Assembly (NCBI GenBank): GCA_964592195.1
Contig: CAZQEI010000005.1
Coordinates: 5,689-69,688 of the forward strand
Length of the DNA stretch: 64,000 nucleotides
Direction of reading: 5' to 3'
From: an uncultured Gammaproteobacteria bacterium
Lineage (GTDB): Bacteria; Patescibacteriota; Patescibacteriia; UBA11705
Shown: in pieces, positions 33,088 to 43,409 of the stretch
Layout: each line of letters begins with the position of its first letter
How positions within the stretch are numbered: the first letter of the stretch is position 1
Notes under the pieces: generated by a model
Databases searched by the model: none
The model's input: only the letters and a program-made list of their open reading frames with translations
Told to the model about the DNA's origin: nothing
Program-made: the position numbers and the translations under genes

Positions 33088-33200
33088 TTATTATTTTTTC
33101 TACGAATGACATATTTGCTACGCTTGTCCGCCTCAGGCGGAAAACAACGGATATAATATCGATACGTAGATTCGTAGCTGATTCGTTATTGGTAGCTCAA

Positions 33201-34076
33201 TTAATGCTCATCCGCCGTTGACGCAATCGAATAGTAAACTAAACTCAACATGGCGAAAATTAACGCTTGCACCACGCCAACTATTAACTCCAAGAACATG
33301 AATGGGATTGGCAAACCATAAGCGGAAATAACGGCCAAAGTTGATAATAAAACTTCACCGGCGAAAATATTACCGAACAACCGGAAAGATAATGAGGCGA
33401 CTTTGGCAATTTCACCGATGATCTCAATTAAACCAACGAAAAACTTAATTGGATTCACCACAATCACGCTAAAATCTTTTCTTATATGTTTAGGGATTTC
33501 CCAGAAAGTTTTCAAATTAACAAACTTATTGGCATGTTTCAAAATACCCACCGTCATCATACCAAAAATGTTCGCGCCGATAACGCTGATCAAAGCTAAC
33601 GCCAAGGTAGTATTCAAATCCGCTGTGCCACCTCGGAAGAAAGGAACAAACGTATTGTGCTCAACAAAGCCAATTGATCCAATTCCCGGTAACAAACCTA
33701 ACCAGTTATTCAATAAAATGAAAATAAAAAAAGTGAACACAATTGGGAACACTTTCTCAGATTTTTTTCGATCATTGGTCACGTTGTCGCACATTTTCAG
33801 TGCACCCTCAACCACAATCTCAAATATATTTTGTAAACCGCGAGGTACTAAACGTAAACGAGTGCGCAAAACAGCAGTAAAAACTATAACTATTAAAACT
33901 ACTAACCAAGTATTTAATAACGAGTTTGTGATTGGAAAGTTACCCACATGAATGATCGGCTCAGCTCCCAAGGTTACTTCATGTTTAATTTCCGCATGCG
34001 CTTCCGCCGACACCACCTCTCCGGCTGGCGGTTGTTCTGTAACTAATTCGTGCTCAATTGTCGGTTCGCTCGTCAT
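33201..34076 (-). CDS. atpB: ATP synthase Fo a
   Basis: PRGLQN, NNWLGLLP, TADLNTT, SLSFRLFGNIFAGE, QALIF. Confidence 0.97.
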   Translation of the reverse strand: MTSEPTIEHELVTEQPPAGEVVSAEAHAEIKHEVTLGAEPIIHVGNFPITNSLLNTWLVVLIVIVFTAVLRTRLRLVPRGLQNIFEIVVEGALKMCDNVTNDRKKSEKVFPIVFTFFIFILLNNWLGLLPGIGSIGFVEHNTFVPFFRGGTADLNTTLALALISVIGANIFGMMTVGILKHANKFVNLKTFWEIPKHIRKDFSVIVVNPIKFFVGLIEIIGEIAKVASLSFRLFGNIFAGEVLLSTLAVISAYGLPIPFMFLELIVGVVQALIFAMLSLVYYSIASTADEH

Positions 34077-34347
34077 ATTTATCTAAATTTTTCTCTTTTT
34101 TTAATTTTTCGTCCTCAACAGCCAGAGTTTTACGATATTCTATTGTCTTTTTAACTAAGCCGAAATTTGTTACCAGGAACGCCACGGCCACGCATATAAT
34201 AAGATAACGCGAGCCGGTTTGATAACGTTCATCCAACCAGGAACCCAGAAGTAACGCCAAAATTATCGGCCCCGCGATCCACGCAGATATCTGAGCCATA
34301 AAGTTCAAAGCCGGACGCCACCAAGGTTCATTTTCGTTTGGCAACAT
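34054..34347 (-). CDS. AtpZ/AtpI family protein
   Basis: Two TM helices around GSWLD; first gene of the atp operon. Confidence 0.8.
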   Translation of the reverse strand: MLPNENEPWWRPALNFMAQISAWIAGPIILALLLGSWLDERYQTGSRYLIICVAVAFLVTNFGLVKKTIEYRKTLAVEDEKLKKEKNLDKYDERTDN

Positions 34348-34598
34348 AGTTTTGTGATGTAATTAAAAGAGACGGAGGACGACTATATACTATACTTTTT
34401 TATCAATCGTGTCAATGTTTTTTGTTGATAAATGTCGATATATTGTCAAATATTCATTACCTTTACTTCAAACACACAGAAAATCTTCTTTCCACCACTA
34501 AAGTGGTGGGTAAAAAATATAACAATGCTTCAACAACTAATTATACTGCAAAATTTATGACTTCCCCCCCCCCTTCAGTGGGTGAATCATTCCTAAAT

Positions 34599-35435
34599 TT
34601 AAGCCAAATTAAACAACGCCTTAGCATTTCTGGAAGTCAATTCATTCGCCGCATCAAAGCTAATGCCACGAATCTCGGCAATCTTGGAAATAACATATTC
34701 CACATACATTGGTTCATTTCTTTTGCCACGGAATGGCTCAGGTGTCAAATACGGACAATCAGTTTCCGCCACAATTCGTTCAGCCGGTAAAGTTAAACAC
34801 AAACGTGGCAATTTCCCGGTTTTGTCAAAGGTTAAAATTCCATTAAATCCAAAATAAAAACCTAATTCCACAAATTGTTCTGCCAACTCTTGATCCCCTG
34901 AATAACTATGTAACACGCCTCGTTGTTTAGGTAAGTTCTTTTTTAACTCTCTTAACAAATCACGATAGGCATCACTCGGGTCATCCTTAGTTCCTCGTCC
35001 GTGAATGATTAACGGCTTACCAACTTCATTGGCCAAATTGATTTGCGCTTGCAGTTCAGCTTTTTGATTTTCTTTGGCCGTAGGAATATCCTTTACTAAA
35101 CTTAAATGGTAATAATCTAAACCACATTCGCCAATGGCCACCACTTTGGGATCGCGGGCTAAAACACGATAAGCATGTGGATCAAAAATTTCTGCGCGAG
35201 TTTGAAAAGTAGATTTTTCTTCTGTGACTTCCATTTCTTCCATTTGAATCGGATGCAAACCAACGGCGGCGTAAACGCCAGAATGAGTTTGCGCTAATTC
35301 AACCGCGCGATGACTAGTAGTGTATTGGGATCCAACATTAATTATTGTAATTCCCTTTTCTTTTGCGCGATTAAAAACTTCTTCCAAATCATTTTTGAAA
35401 CTATGAAAATTAACGTGAGCGTGAGTGTCGATCAT
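34599..35435 (-). CDS. tatD: TatD family nuclease
   Basis: IDTHAH, GLHP, IGECGLDY, ETDCPYL, RGKRNEP. Confidence 0.95.
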   Translation of the reverse strand: MIDTHAHVNFHSFKNDLEEVFNRAKEKGITIINVGSQYTTSHRAVELAQTHSGVYAAVGLHPIQMEEMEVTEEKSTFQTRAEIFDPHAYRVLARDPKVVAIGECGLDYYHLSLVKDIPTAKENQKAELQAQINLANEVGKPLIIHGRGTKDDPSDAYRDLLRELKKNLPKQRGVLHSYSGDQELAEQFVELGFYFGFNGILTFDKTGKLPRLCLTLPAERIVAETDCPYLTPEPFRGKRNEPMYVEYVISKIAEIRGISFDAANELTSRNAKALFNLA

Positions 35436-35541
35436 ATATCATGGAACATGGAGCATGGAACATGTAACATTCGAAATGGGACATGATCATGCAACAACGA
35501 AATATTAAATTCTAAATCCTAAATTCTTTTTTAAACTTATT

Positions 35542-35658
35542 CCTCTTCTGCGAGTCCCGCAAAGCGGGACGTGGCAGTCTCGACAAATCACTTGGGCCTT
35601 GGAAATAGTTTTCAAGAGATTGCCGCGTCGTCCCGATTGAATCGTGACTCCTCGCAAA
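35542..35658. repeat. Inverted pair of TGCGAG...GCA(A/G)TCTC repeats
   Basis: Units at 35542-35581 and 35616-35658, same family as 473-599. Confidence 0.8.
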
Positions 35659-35680
35659 ATAGTGAGAATATATGAAAAGA

Positions 35681-38074
35681 CTACTCAGCTGGTTGCATCA
35701 TTAACCGTTCCCAATCGGTGATATCAATTACTCTTGTGACAATTTTATCATCTAACAACGCAATGACTTTCACAAAATTATTTTTAATATGCTCGAAATG
35801 ATAAATCTCATCAAATTCTTGACTGCACTGCTCACCATCTTCATTCATTAAACATTCTTCATCATCCCCTTTTGCCATAAAAAATACCTTGCCATTTATC
35901 ACTTTAAAAGCTTCAAATTTTTTATATTGTTTGTCTACATCAATCTTTTTTCCTTTAATGTATATTATTGAATGTCCATTATTCTTATATGCAATTAAAG
36001 ATAATTCTCCCGGAAAAATATTATCAATGTACTCTATGTCATCACAACCATCAGGAATTATATCCACCCCATCTAAAAGAAGATGTTTCCCGGTACCATC
36101 AAGATAGTCAAAGATCACATGACCTGATACTTCAATCGGTTCGCCTACTTTCCAACAGCCTAACTGAGGTGTTACCAATTTATCATTAATGAACACATGA
36201 AAATTATTATTTTGATAATCACGAACAGAAATCACAACCTTTCCGGCGATATTATGAACTACCGGTTTTTGATCTATTCCATTATTTCTCAATGATAATT
36301 GCTTGCCTTTATAAAACACCTGCCAAGTGCCATCATTTGACGCAGTATAAAAGACTCCCATTTCTGCCATTTCTTGAGAAGTGAATAAATGATCACAACC
36401 AAGTATTGGCGTCACTTCTTTATCATCATAATACAAATGTTGTTTACCCTGTTCATCAACAACCCAATATTCCAAATGATTTTTGGTGGCAATTAAATCT
36501 TTTAGTTCTTCATGGCCAGAAGGATCGGTTATTTCTTGGTCTCCAACAAACACATGCCATTTATCATCCAATGTTTTTGCTGTATAAGCCACCTTACCTT
36601 TATATTCTACAATCTTACCATCATCAATTGTTACATGCTGAAACTCCCGATTGGCGGATAACTCTTTTTTTCCATAATATAAATGATCATTGCCTACTTG
36701 ATCTCTGGCGGTAAAAACAATCTCACCAGCTAAAGTTTGCATCTGAAAGTAATTCACCTGACAACAATCATCATTATTTATTTTTTCATTATTAATATAA
36801 ATGTCATGCATCCCCTTTCTTGGCCCAAGGCTCTTTTTTACCACGGTCACGATTTGACCATTAATCACCTTCACTTTAATAATTTCATATTCAATACCAA
36901 GCGTTAGAACCTCCTTCTTGCCATGGATAATAATTCGATTGTGATGATCGTCAACAACATCAAAGACAGGCAAACCATTTAAATCATGAATTTCTGTAAT
37001 TTCTTCATATCCGTTTGGAGGGGTATATTCCTTTTGGCCAACAAAAACATGATGGCGTCTCCCCAACTTTCTATCAATTGTCTCGGTAATATATGCAACA
37101 TTCTCACCCACATCATAATTTTTATTCGGTGTTACACATCCTTCAGGTGGAGTAATCTCTTTGTCTCCATAAAAAATATGTACTACTTTTTCATCATTAA
37201 AAATAAAATTAAAATAAATCTTACCTCCTCTATCTATCGGCCCGAGCAATGAGCTGATTGGTTTGGGCGTATTAAATTCTTGTCCATCTATATAGACATG
37301 AAGATTGCCATCATTATCACTCGCAGTGAGAAACGAATGTCCGGCAATTACATCAACTTTATAATGTCGTTTATGCCCAGGTTTTAAAATGATTTCCTTA
37401 CCATCAAGATAATAATGACGCTGATCATTTTCATCAATCGCCTCAAAATATATTTTACCAGTTGACTCTTTAGGTTTTGTGATTTGTATATAACCATCCG
37501 GAGGTGTCACCCATTTTCCATTAAGATACGCATGACTCTTTGCGCTCTTATCTGTGGCCAATAAGATCAATTGGCCAGCCTCTCCGTTTTGTAAAATTTT
37601 AAACGTTAATGTTCCTTTGGGATGAATAATTTCTTTACCTTTTAAAAAAATGCGATCAACTTTATCTGCTCCTTGTACTTTAATAAAAGATTCTCCATGA
37701 ACCAGTCGACGAGAAATATGCAAGGCTCCTTCCTTATCCAAAACTGATTTATTATCAATATACAAATGTTGACGTCCTGGATTATCTTTCAAAACAAACG
37801 ACGAATGGCCAGCCAAAACCTCTGGATCAATTTCAATCGACCTACCATTTAATTTAACTTCCTTTTCTAAGTATTTAAAAGACTCCAACGATTCTTCGAA
37901 CGTGGCGATATCATGATATTTCCCCACTAAACGTAAAGCCTCAGCCACAGCTTCTGGATTTTTATCTTTTAACTTTTCGGTTAATTCCATCAACTTCTCG
38001 TTCACCGCAACCAAATCAGGCGCGGATTGGCGCGAAATATCGGCGGTGAGTTTTTGGGTGGGAAAGTTTTTCAT
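35681..38074 (-). CDS. Leader-domain protein with many ~45-50 aa beta repeats
   Basis: QKLTADIS...VAVNEKLMELT...PEAVAEALRLVGKY leader; recurring H.(Y/F)..GKE(I/V)TP..G units. Confidence 0.8.
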   Translation of the reverse strand: MKNFPTQKLTADISRQSAPDLVAVNEKLMELTEKLKDKNPEAVAEALRLVGKYHDIATFEESLESFKYLEKEVKLNGRSIEIDPEVLAGHSSFVLKDNPGRQHLYIDNKSVLDKEGALHISRRLVHGESFIKVQGADKVDRIFLKGKEIIHPKGTLTFKILQNGEAGQLILLATDKSAKSHAYLNGKWVTPPDGYIQITKPKESTGKIYFEAIDENDQRHYYLDGKEIILKPGHKRHYKVDVIAGHSFLTASDNDGNLHVYIDGQEFNTPKPISSLLGPIDRGGKIYFNFIFNDEKVVHIFYGDKEITPPEGCVTPNKNYDVGENVAYITETIDRKLGRRHHVFVGQKEYTPPNGYEEITEIHDLNGLPVFDVVDDHHNRIIIHGKKEVLTLGIEYEIIKVKVINGQIVTVVKKSLGPRKGMHDIYINNEKINNDDCCQVNYFQMQTLAGEIVFTARDQVGNDHLYYGKKELSANREFQHVTIDDGKIVEYKGKVAYTAKTLDDKWHVFVGDQEITDPSGHEELKDLIATKNHLEYWVVDEQGKQHLYYDDKEVTPILGCDHLFTSQEMAEMGVFYTASNDGTWQVFYKGKQLSLRNNGIDQKPVVHNIAGKVVISVRDYQNNNFHVFINDKLVTPQLGCWKVGEPIEVSGHVIFDYLDGTGKHLLLDGVDIIPDGCDDIEYIDNIFPGELSLIAYKNNGHSIIYIKGKKIDVDKQYKKFEAFKVINGKVFFMAKGDDEECLMNEDGEQCSQEFDEIYHFEHIKNNFVKVIALLDDKIVTRVIDITDWERLMMQPAE

Positions 38075-38186
38075 TGAATTAGTCATTTCGAATTTACGAA
38101 TCAATTACGAATATGTTCGAATTATTATTTATCGGGCTCGGAAAGTAATTCGTAAAAATTCGAAACAAATTCGTACATTCGTAATG

Positions 38187-38684
38187 CTATATTAAGGACT
38201 TCAACGTCGCCAGCACATCCGGTAACAACGGCATTACAATTTTAGATATTTTAAGAAAAATGGAACACAGGATAGAATCGCGGGCTTGACCGAGCACCCA
38301 GGGATTGAATGGGAAACGACTGTAGAAGAAAGTTAAAACCGATAAGATCATTATACTCTCAACCAAACCAAGAACAAAGCCCATAAACTTGTTAATCGTG
38401 TGTAAAAACGGTAACAGCATAACGATTTGTAATATTTTTCCCAGTAACCAAAAGAAAATCCCGATTAACTTTGACACGATAAAATAGATAACTAGAAAAG
38501 CGAAAAAATTCGCCATATTAGTCGCGCCAAACATTTGACCGGCTAACAAAAAGTATTTACCCGCCACCACAATACCAATAAGCATGGCAACAATTTTTCC
38601 CGCGGATAAAATAAAACCGCGACGCAAGCCCAAAATGGCACCGGCTAAAATTAACGATAACAAAATGAAATCAAGGACGTTCAT
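38187..38684 (-). CDS. cvpA: CvpA family membrane protein
   Basis: MNVLDFIL...GLRRGFI, NKFMGFVLG, S.L pattern. Confidence 0.88.
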   Translation of the reverse strand: MNVLDFILLSLILAGAILGLRRGFILSAGKIVAMLIGIVVAGKYFLLAGQMFGATNMANFFAFLVIYFIVSKLIGIFFWLLGKILQIVMLLPFLHTINKFMGFVLGLVESIMILSVLTFFYSRFPFNPWVLGQARDSILCSIFLKISKIVMPLLPDVLATLKSLI

Positions 38685-38703
38685 ATATATTTATTTTTTA
38701 TTT

Positions 38704-39660
38704 TCAAATACTTGGGTCTGGTTTCCATTTAAATAATATCCCTGCTGTCCCAAAGGCTGACATAGTCGGTCTCAAACCATCTTGACATAAAACAATTTCA
38801 TCATTCACCACGCCAACGCCCACATGATCTCTTCGCCTGACATCAAAAGCTCTAAAGAAACCTATATCACTACCTGGTTTATGAAAATGTTCTGGTCCAC
38901 GAACCATAATGAAATATAGTAATTCCTCAATCGTTACTCCATATTTTTCCCAAATTTTTTTTGCACTAGTCATCGATGGTTGTAATAGATTTAAATGACT
39001 AGCAAAATTTTGTATTGCTTTTGCACGAAGGAAAAAATCATCTTCCGTTAAACTTGACCCCTCCACAATGTTATTGCTAATCAACATCCAACCAGGAGAT
39101 AACGATTTCGTGTCCGGAATGTTTAGTCTTAAAATATCTGGAAAATTTCCGGCATTGAGAGAAGTGCTTTGCATTCTCATAGTCACTTTTCTATCAAGTA
39201 AAAAGCGACACATATCATAAAGTTTCGGAGACTCAGTTAATTTACCAGCAACAACCATATAACGAGGAATATAGACCAAGCTCATGTTCAATTCTTTTGC
39301 TCTTTTCAACTCGCCAACATTAAATGGAATCTCGGGTATCCCGGATCTTTCTTCCAAAAATAAATATTCATCAAATTTACTGCTACAAAACGCATTATCT
39401 TCTGGTCCGTAAACATTATCATGACCCATAATTTCTCGAGCTAATTCAAATTGCATCTCCCACGGGGAGCCAAACTCACGCCTTTTAACAGGATTATAAG
39501 CCTCTAATTTTTCTTTTATAATTCTAATCTCATCCGGACTCAAAGGCTTACCATTCTTAGCTTTCACCATGGCATGCAGTTGCTCCATTAAATCAGCGTA
39601 AGAAAGAGATTCTTCGCCTTTTGATAAGGTTAAATCAATTTTTGGTTCACCGATGGCCAT
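38704..39660 (-). CDS. Leader-domain protein, family B (MAIGEPK), copy 5
   Basis: MAIGEPKIDLTLSKGEES leader; AREIMG..NVYGP, IPF...EL.RA, GW.L, G.LFKW. Confidence 0.8.
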   Translation of the reverse strand: MAIGEPKIDLTLSKGEESLSYADLMEQLHAMVKAKNGKPLSPDEIRIIKEKLEAYNPVKRREFGSPWEMQFELAREIMGHDNVYGPEDNAFCSSKFDEYLFLEERSGIPEIPFNVGELKRAKELNMSLVYIPRYMVVAGKLTESPKLYDMCRFLLDRKVTMRMQSTSLNAGNFPDILRLNIPDTKSLSPGWMLISNNIVEGSSLTEDDFFLRAKAIQNFASHLNLLQPSMTSAKKIWEKYGVTIEELLYFIMVRGPEHFHKPGSDIGFFRAFDVRRRDHVGVGVVNDEIVLCQDGLRPTMSAFGTAGILFKWKPDPSI

Positions 39661-39662
39661 AT

Positions 39663-40622
39663 TTATTTTTCCCATTTGAATAAAATACCGGCTTGATGAA
39701 AAGAATCTGTGGCAGATAATAATTGCTCTTCAAATAGCACTAATTCTTTATGTGCCACGCCAATCCCAAACTGATCACCGTGTTCTTCACCATATGCACG
39801 AAAAACACCTTTATCACTACCGGACTTCCAAACTTTTTCTTCTCCACGCACAATGATAAAATATAATAATTCAACTATTGTTGGACAATGTTTTTTAAAA
39901 GTATCATCAATGTCAATATTTGAGCCTATTCGTTCATCAACGGACAAACGACTAAAAAACTCTTTCAATCTAAAAGCCCTCTGAAATTGATTTTCCTCAG
40001 TTAAGTCTGTGTTTTTCACTATTTGATTACTTATCATCATCCAACCAGAGGTTAAATGAATATAAAAATCTTTTTCTTTCACACTGCTTATGATTTCAAG
40101 CAAATTCCCAGCATTTATAGATCTGTCCATAAATCTCATTGCTTTCTGCATTTCTAAAAGCCTCAAGACCATGTGTACAAGCGATGGGATTTCTACATTT
40201 TTTTTCCTTACAATAATTCTTCCCGGCTTATACACCAAACACATATCCATTTCTTTTGCTCTTTTCAACTCATCCGCCGTAAATGGAATTTTATCAATAC
40301 CATACTTCATCTCGGCCTGCATATATTCGTCAAACTCGTTACCATAACAAAAAACATTTTGCTCAGGTCCATAGACATTGCCCTCGCCCATGATTTCTCG
40401 AGCAACATTAACTTGATCTTCCCAATCTCCACTAATTTCTTTTTGATTTCCAGGATCAAAAGACTCTAGTTTATCTTTAATGATTCTAATTTCATCCGGA
40501 CTCAATGGCTTACCATTCTTAGCTTTCACCATGGCATGCAGTTGCTCCATCAACTCGGCGTAAGAAAGTGATTCTTCGCCTTTTGATAAAGTTAATCCAA
40601 TTTTTGGTTCTCCGATGGCCAT
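39663..40622 (-). CDS. Leader-domain protein, family B, copy 4
   Basis: Same leader and motifs. Confidence 0.8.
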   Translation of the reverse strand: MAIGEPKIGLTLSKGEESLSYAELMEQLHAMVKAKNGKPLSPDEIRIIKDKLESFDPGNQKEISGDWEDQVNVAREIMGEGNVYGPEQNVFCYGNEFDEYMQAEMKYGIDKIPFTADELKRAKEMDMCLVYKPGRIIVRKKNVEIPSLVHMVLRLLEMQKAMRFMDRSINAGNLLEIISSVKEKDFYIHLTSGWMMISNQIVKNTDLTEENQFQRAFRLKEFFSRLSVDERIGSNIDIDDTFKKHCPTIVELLYFIIVRGEEKVWKSGSDKGVFRAYGEEHGDQFGIGVAHKELVLFEEQLLSATDSFHQAGILFKWEK

Positions 40623-40624
40623 AA

Positions 40625-41533
40625 TTATTTCTCCCATTTAAATAACACACCGCTATGTTTCAAATTACTGGTATTTGACAATGCATCGTTAACTAAAAAA
40701 CTTATTTCATTAAAAAATACACTTAAACAAAATGAATCCCTATGTTCTTCATCAAAAGCCCGAGCGACAAATCTATCTGATCTAGGCACCCACATATTTT
40801 TCACCCCTCGCACAAGACAAAAATACAAAAGTTCGGCCATTGACGGACAGTGTCTTTCCCATATAGCATTAGGCAAAACAGTATTTCCGGCTTCATATTC
40901 TTTGAATCTTAACCAATCATGACCAAAAAACGCCATTTTTTCAGCCCGCTCTCTGAAATTACTATCTTTGTCATCAGTTTTTTTTATTATATTTTTTGAA
41001 AGCAACATCCATCCTGATTTAAACATTGAATTTTTATCAATATTTTTTAAAACATCTTTATCCAACCCACAATTGATAGTTACTCCCAAATTCTTTGCCA
41101 CTTCCATAAAAGATTCAAGTCTGGGATTATACATTTCAACATTTGAAAATCTAAATGCCCAAGGTTTATAGACTAAACACATATCCGCTCTTCCCGCCAG
41201 CTCAAGGTCAAATTCAGAAAAAGGAATATCTGGGATATTATTAAGTATCTTCGTGTTTAACGCTGATGCAATTACATCTGGTCCATACACATTTTCCGCT
41301 CCCAATATTTCTCTGGCAATATTTACATCCGCTCGATCAAATTCATATTGATTTGATTTATCAGGAACAAAAGCTTCTAATTTTTCTTTTATAATTCTAA
41401 TCTCATCCGGACTCAAAGGCTTACCATTCTTAGCTTTCACCATGGCATGAAGTTGTTCCATCAACTCAGCATAAGAAACTGATTCTTCGCCTTTTGATAA
41501 TGTTAAATCAATTTTTGGTTCACCAATGGCCAT
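40625..41533 (-). CDS. Leader-domain protein, family B, copy 3
   Basis: Same leader and motifs. Confidence 0.8.
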   Translation of the reverse strand: MAIGEPKIDLTLSKGEESVSYAELMEQLHAMVKAKNGKPLSPDEIRIIKEKLEAFVPDKSNQYEFDRADVNIAREILGAENVYGPDVIASALNTKILNNIPDIPFSEFDLELAGRADMCLVYKPWAFRFSNVEMYNPRLESFMEVAKNLGVTINCGLDKDVLKNIDKNSMFKSGWMLLSKNIIKKTDDKDSNFRERAEKMAFFGHDWLRFKEYEAGNTVLPNAIWERHCPSMAELLYFCLVRGVKNMWVPRSDRFVARAFDEEHRDSFCLSVFFNEISFLVNDALSNTSNLKHSGVLFKWEK

Positions 41534-41535
41534 AG

Positions 41536-42453
41536 TTAAATAAATTTTTCCCATTTAAACATAACGCCGGAACCTTTAAGCTCATCCTTATTAGTTAACT
41601 TTTCTTCATCAAAACCAAATAACTTATTCCCCGTCATCGCCAATCCCAAATAATGTATTTGCGATTTGTCGTATCCACGAGCTTTAAAGATCTCTTGCCC
41701 GGACAGCATTAATCGCTCTTTTCCCAAGGTCATCATTACAAATAATAATTCGGGCAAAGACATAACATGATTTTGCCACAATCTTTTAGCCAGATTTTCA
41801 TTCATGGCCTCATTGTACCCCATATCCAATCTATTAACCGCGAAATCCTGCAAACATGCTGCTTGTTGAAAATAGTTCTTGCCACCCACAGAAAGTTGTA
41901 AAACATTTTTTGATACTAGCACCCAGCCAGAATGCATCATATTACTCGGAACTAAATTTGGATTATTTTCCGCCCAACTAAAAGCATCAAAACTTTCAGT
42001 TACCAATTGACTCATAGCTTCAAAACTTACTCCCAGAGTTTCGCTCAGTCCAAACTGTTCCGGTGTTGGTTTATAAATCAAAAACATTCCACACTCACTG
42101 GCTTTTTGCAATTTCTCTTCGGTAAAACGGATGGCGGGTAATTCAGCGATGGGCGCCAAACTCCAACGTGTAGCAATTTCATCTGGTCCAATAAAATTTT
42201 CTCCAAACAAACCTCTCGCCACCTCCATCTGCGCTTCCACCCTGGCGCGCTTTAACATTTTTTCATGATTAAATCGGTTCTCTTTATATTTATCAAATAA
42301 TTTGCAAACATAAGCTACATCATCTGGATCCAGATGAACACCTTTTCCCTTGGCCAATACCAACGCATGAAGTTTTTCTGTTAACTCCGCGTAAGACAGA
42401 TGATCATCGTCTTGCGATAAGGTTAAATCAATTTTGGGTTCACCGATTGCCAT
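41536..42453 (-). CDS. Leader-domain protein, family B, copy 2
   Basis: Same leader (more diverged) and motifs. Confidence 0.8.
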   Translation of the reverse strand: MAIGEPKIDLTLSQDDDHLSYAELTEKLHALVLAKGKGVHLDPDDVAYVCKLFDKYKENRFNHEKMLKRARVEAQMEVARGLFGENFIGPDEIATRWSLAPIAELPAIRFTEEKLQKASECGMFLIYKPTPEQFGLSETLGVSFEAMSQLVTESFDAFSWAENNPNLVPSNMMHSGWVLVSKNVLQLSVGGKNYFQQAACLQDFAVNRLDMGYNEAMNENLAKRLWQNHVMSLPELLFVMMTLGKERLMLSGQEIFKARGYDKSQIHYLGLAMTGNKLFGFDEEKLTNKDELKGSGVMFKWEKFI

Positions 42454-42455
42454 AA

Positions 42456-43361
42456 TTATTTAGACCATCGAATTATACATCCATTATCAATAAATGCTCT
42501 CTCACCATCAAAAAAAGAATTATAATCATACACCAATATACTTCCATCATTCTCTATATCGACCAAAGCGGTAAAATCCCCTTCTTTTCTATCATAAGCT
42601 AATGAGGTTAAAATACCCGGGATATTTTCTTTACCTCTCAAAACATAATAATAAAGGAGATCAACGACAGATAAACAAAACTCTGGTAAAACATTTTCCG
42701 TCTGAGGGCTAAATCGTTCTTTGAAATGGGCGGTAGCAAATTCCCAAATTTTCGATGACCTATCCAAGGTCGTGCATTTTTTTGTACCGGGAACAATATC
42801 CTTGCTGATTAACACCCATCCACTTAGCATACTGGACGAATCTTGAACTCTTTTACTAATATCATCCCACTTTTCATTTCCCCAACGTAAATTTATCCCA
42901 ATTTCATGCGCCTTCTCACATAATTCTTTCAAATTTGGATAGCTAACATCTTCGCCTCCTACATTAATTTTATTAGGTCGAAAAACTAAGCACATGCCAG
43001 CTGATTCTGCTCTTTTTAATTCTTCCACTGAATATGGAATATCTAAGACCTCTTGTGGCCAAGGTGATTTCCATCTTTCGACAAACTCCTGTGGGCCTAA
43101 CACATTTTCCTTCCCCAAAATTTCTCTAGCCTGTTTCAATTGACGTTTAAGATTTTTAGATAATTGATCTTCTGAATCAACCACTTCATTAGGAGTAAAC
43201 GCTTCTAATTTATTTTTAATTAATCGAATCTCATCTGCCGTCAATGGTTTACCATTCTTCGCTTTCATTATGTCATGCAACTCAGACATCAAACCAGCGT
43301 AGGAAATTTCTTCCTCGCCTTTGGATAAAGTTAAATCTAATTGTGGTTCTCCTCCCACCAT
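42456..43361 (-). CDS. Leader-domain protein, family B, copy 1
   Basis: MVGGEPQLDLTLSKGEEE leader and shared motifs. Confidence 0.8.
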   Translation of the reverse strand: MVGGEPQLDLTLSKGEEEISYAGLMSELHDIMKAKNGKPLTADEIRLIKNKLEAFTPNEVVDSEDQLSKNLKRQLKQAREILGKENVLGPQEFVERWKSPWPQEVLDIPYSVEELKRAESAGMCLVFRPNKINVGGEDVSYPNLKELCEKAHEIGINLRWGNEKWDDISKRVQDSSSMLSGWVLISKDIVPGTKKCTTLDRSSKIWEFATAHFKERFSPQTENVLPEFCLSVVDLLYYYVLRGKENIPGILTSLAYDRKEGDFTALVDIENDGSILVYDYNSFFDGERAFIDNGCIIRWSK

Positions 43362-43409
43362 TATATTATTTAGGAAACACCAAAAATATTTTTCAATGCT
43401 TCCTTAAGT

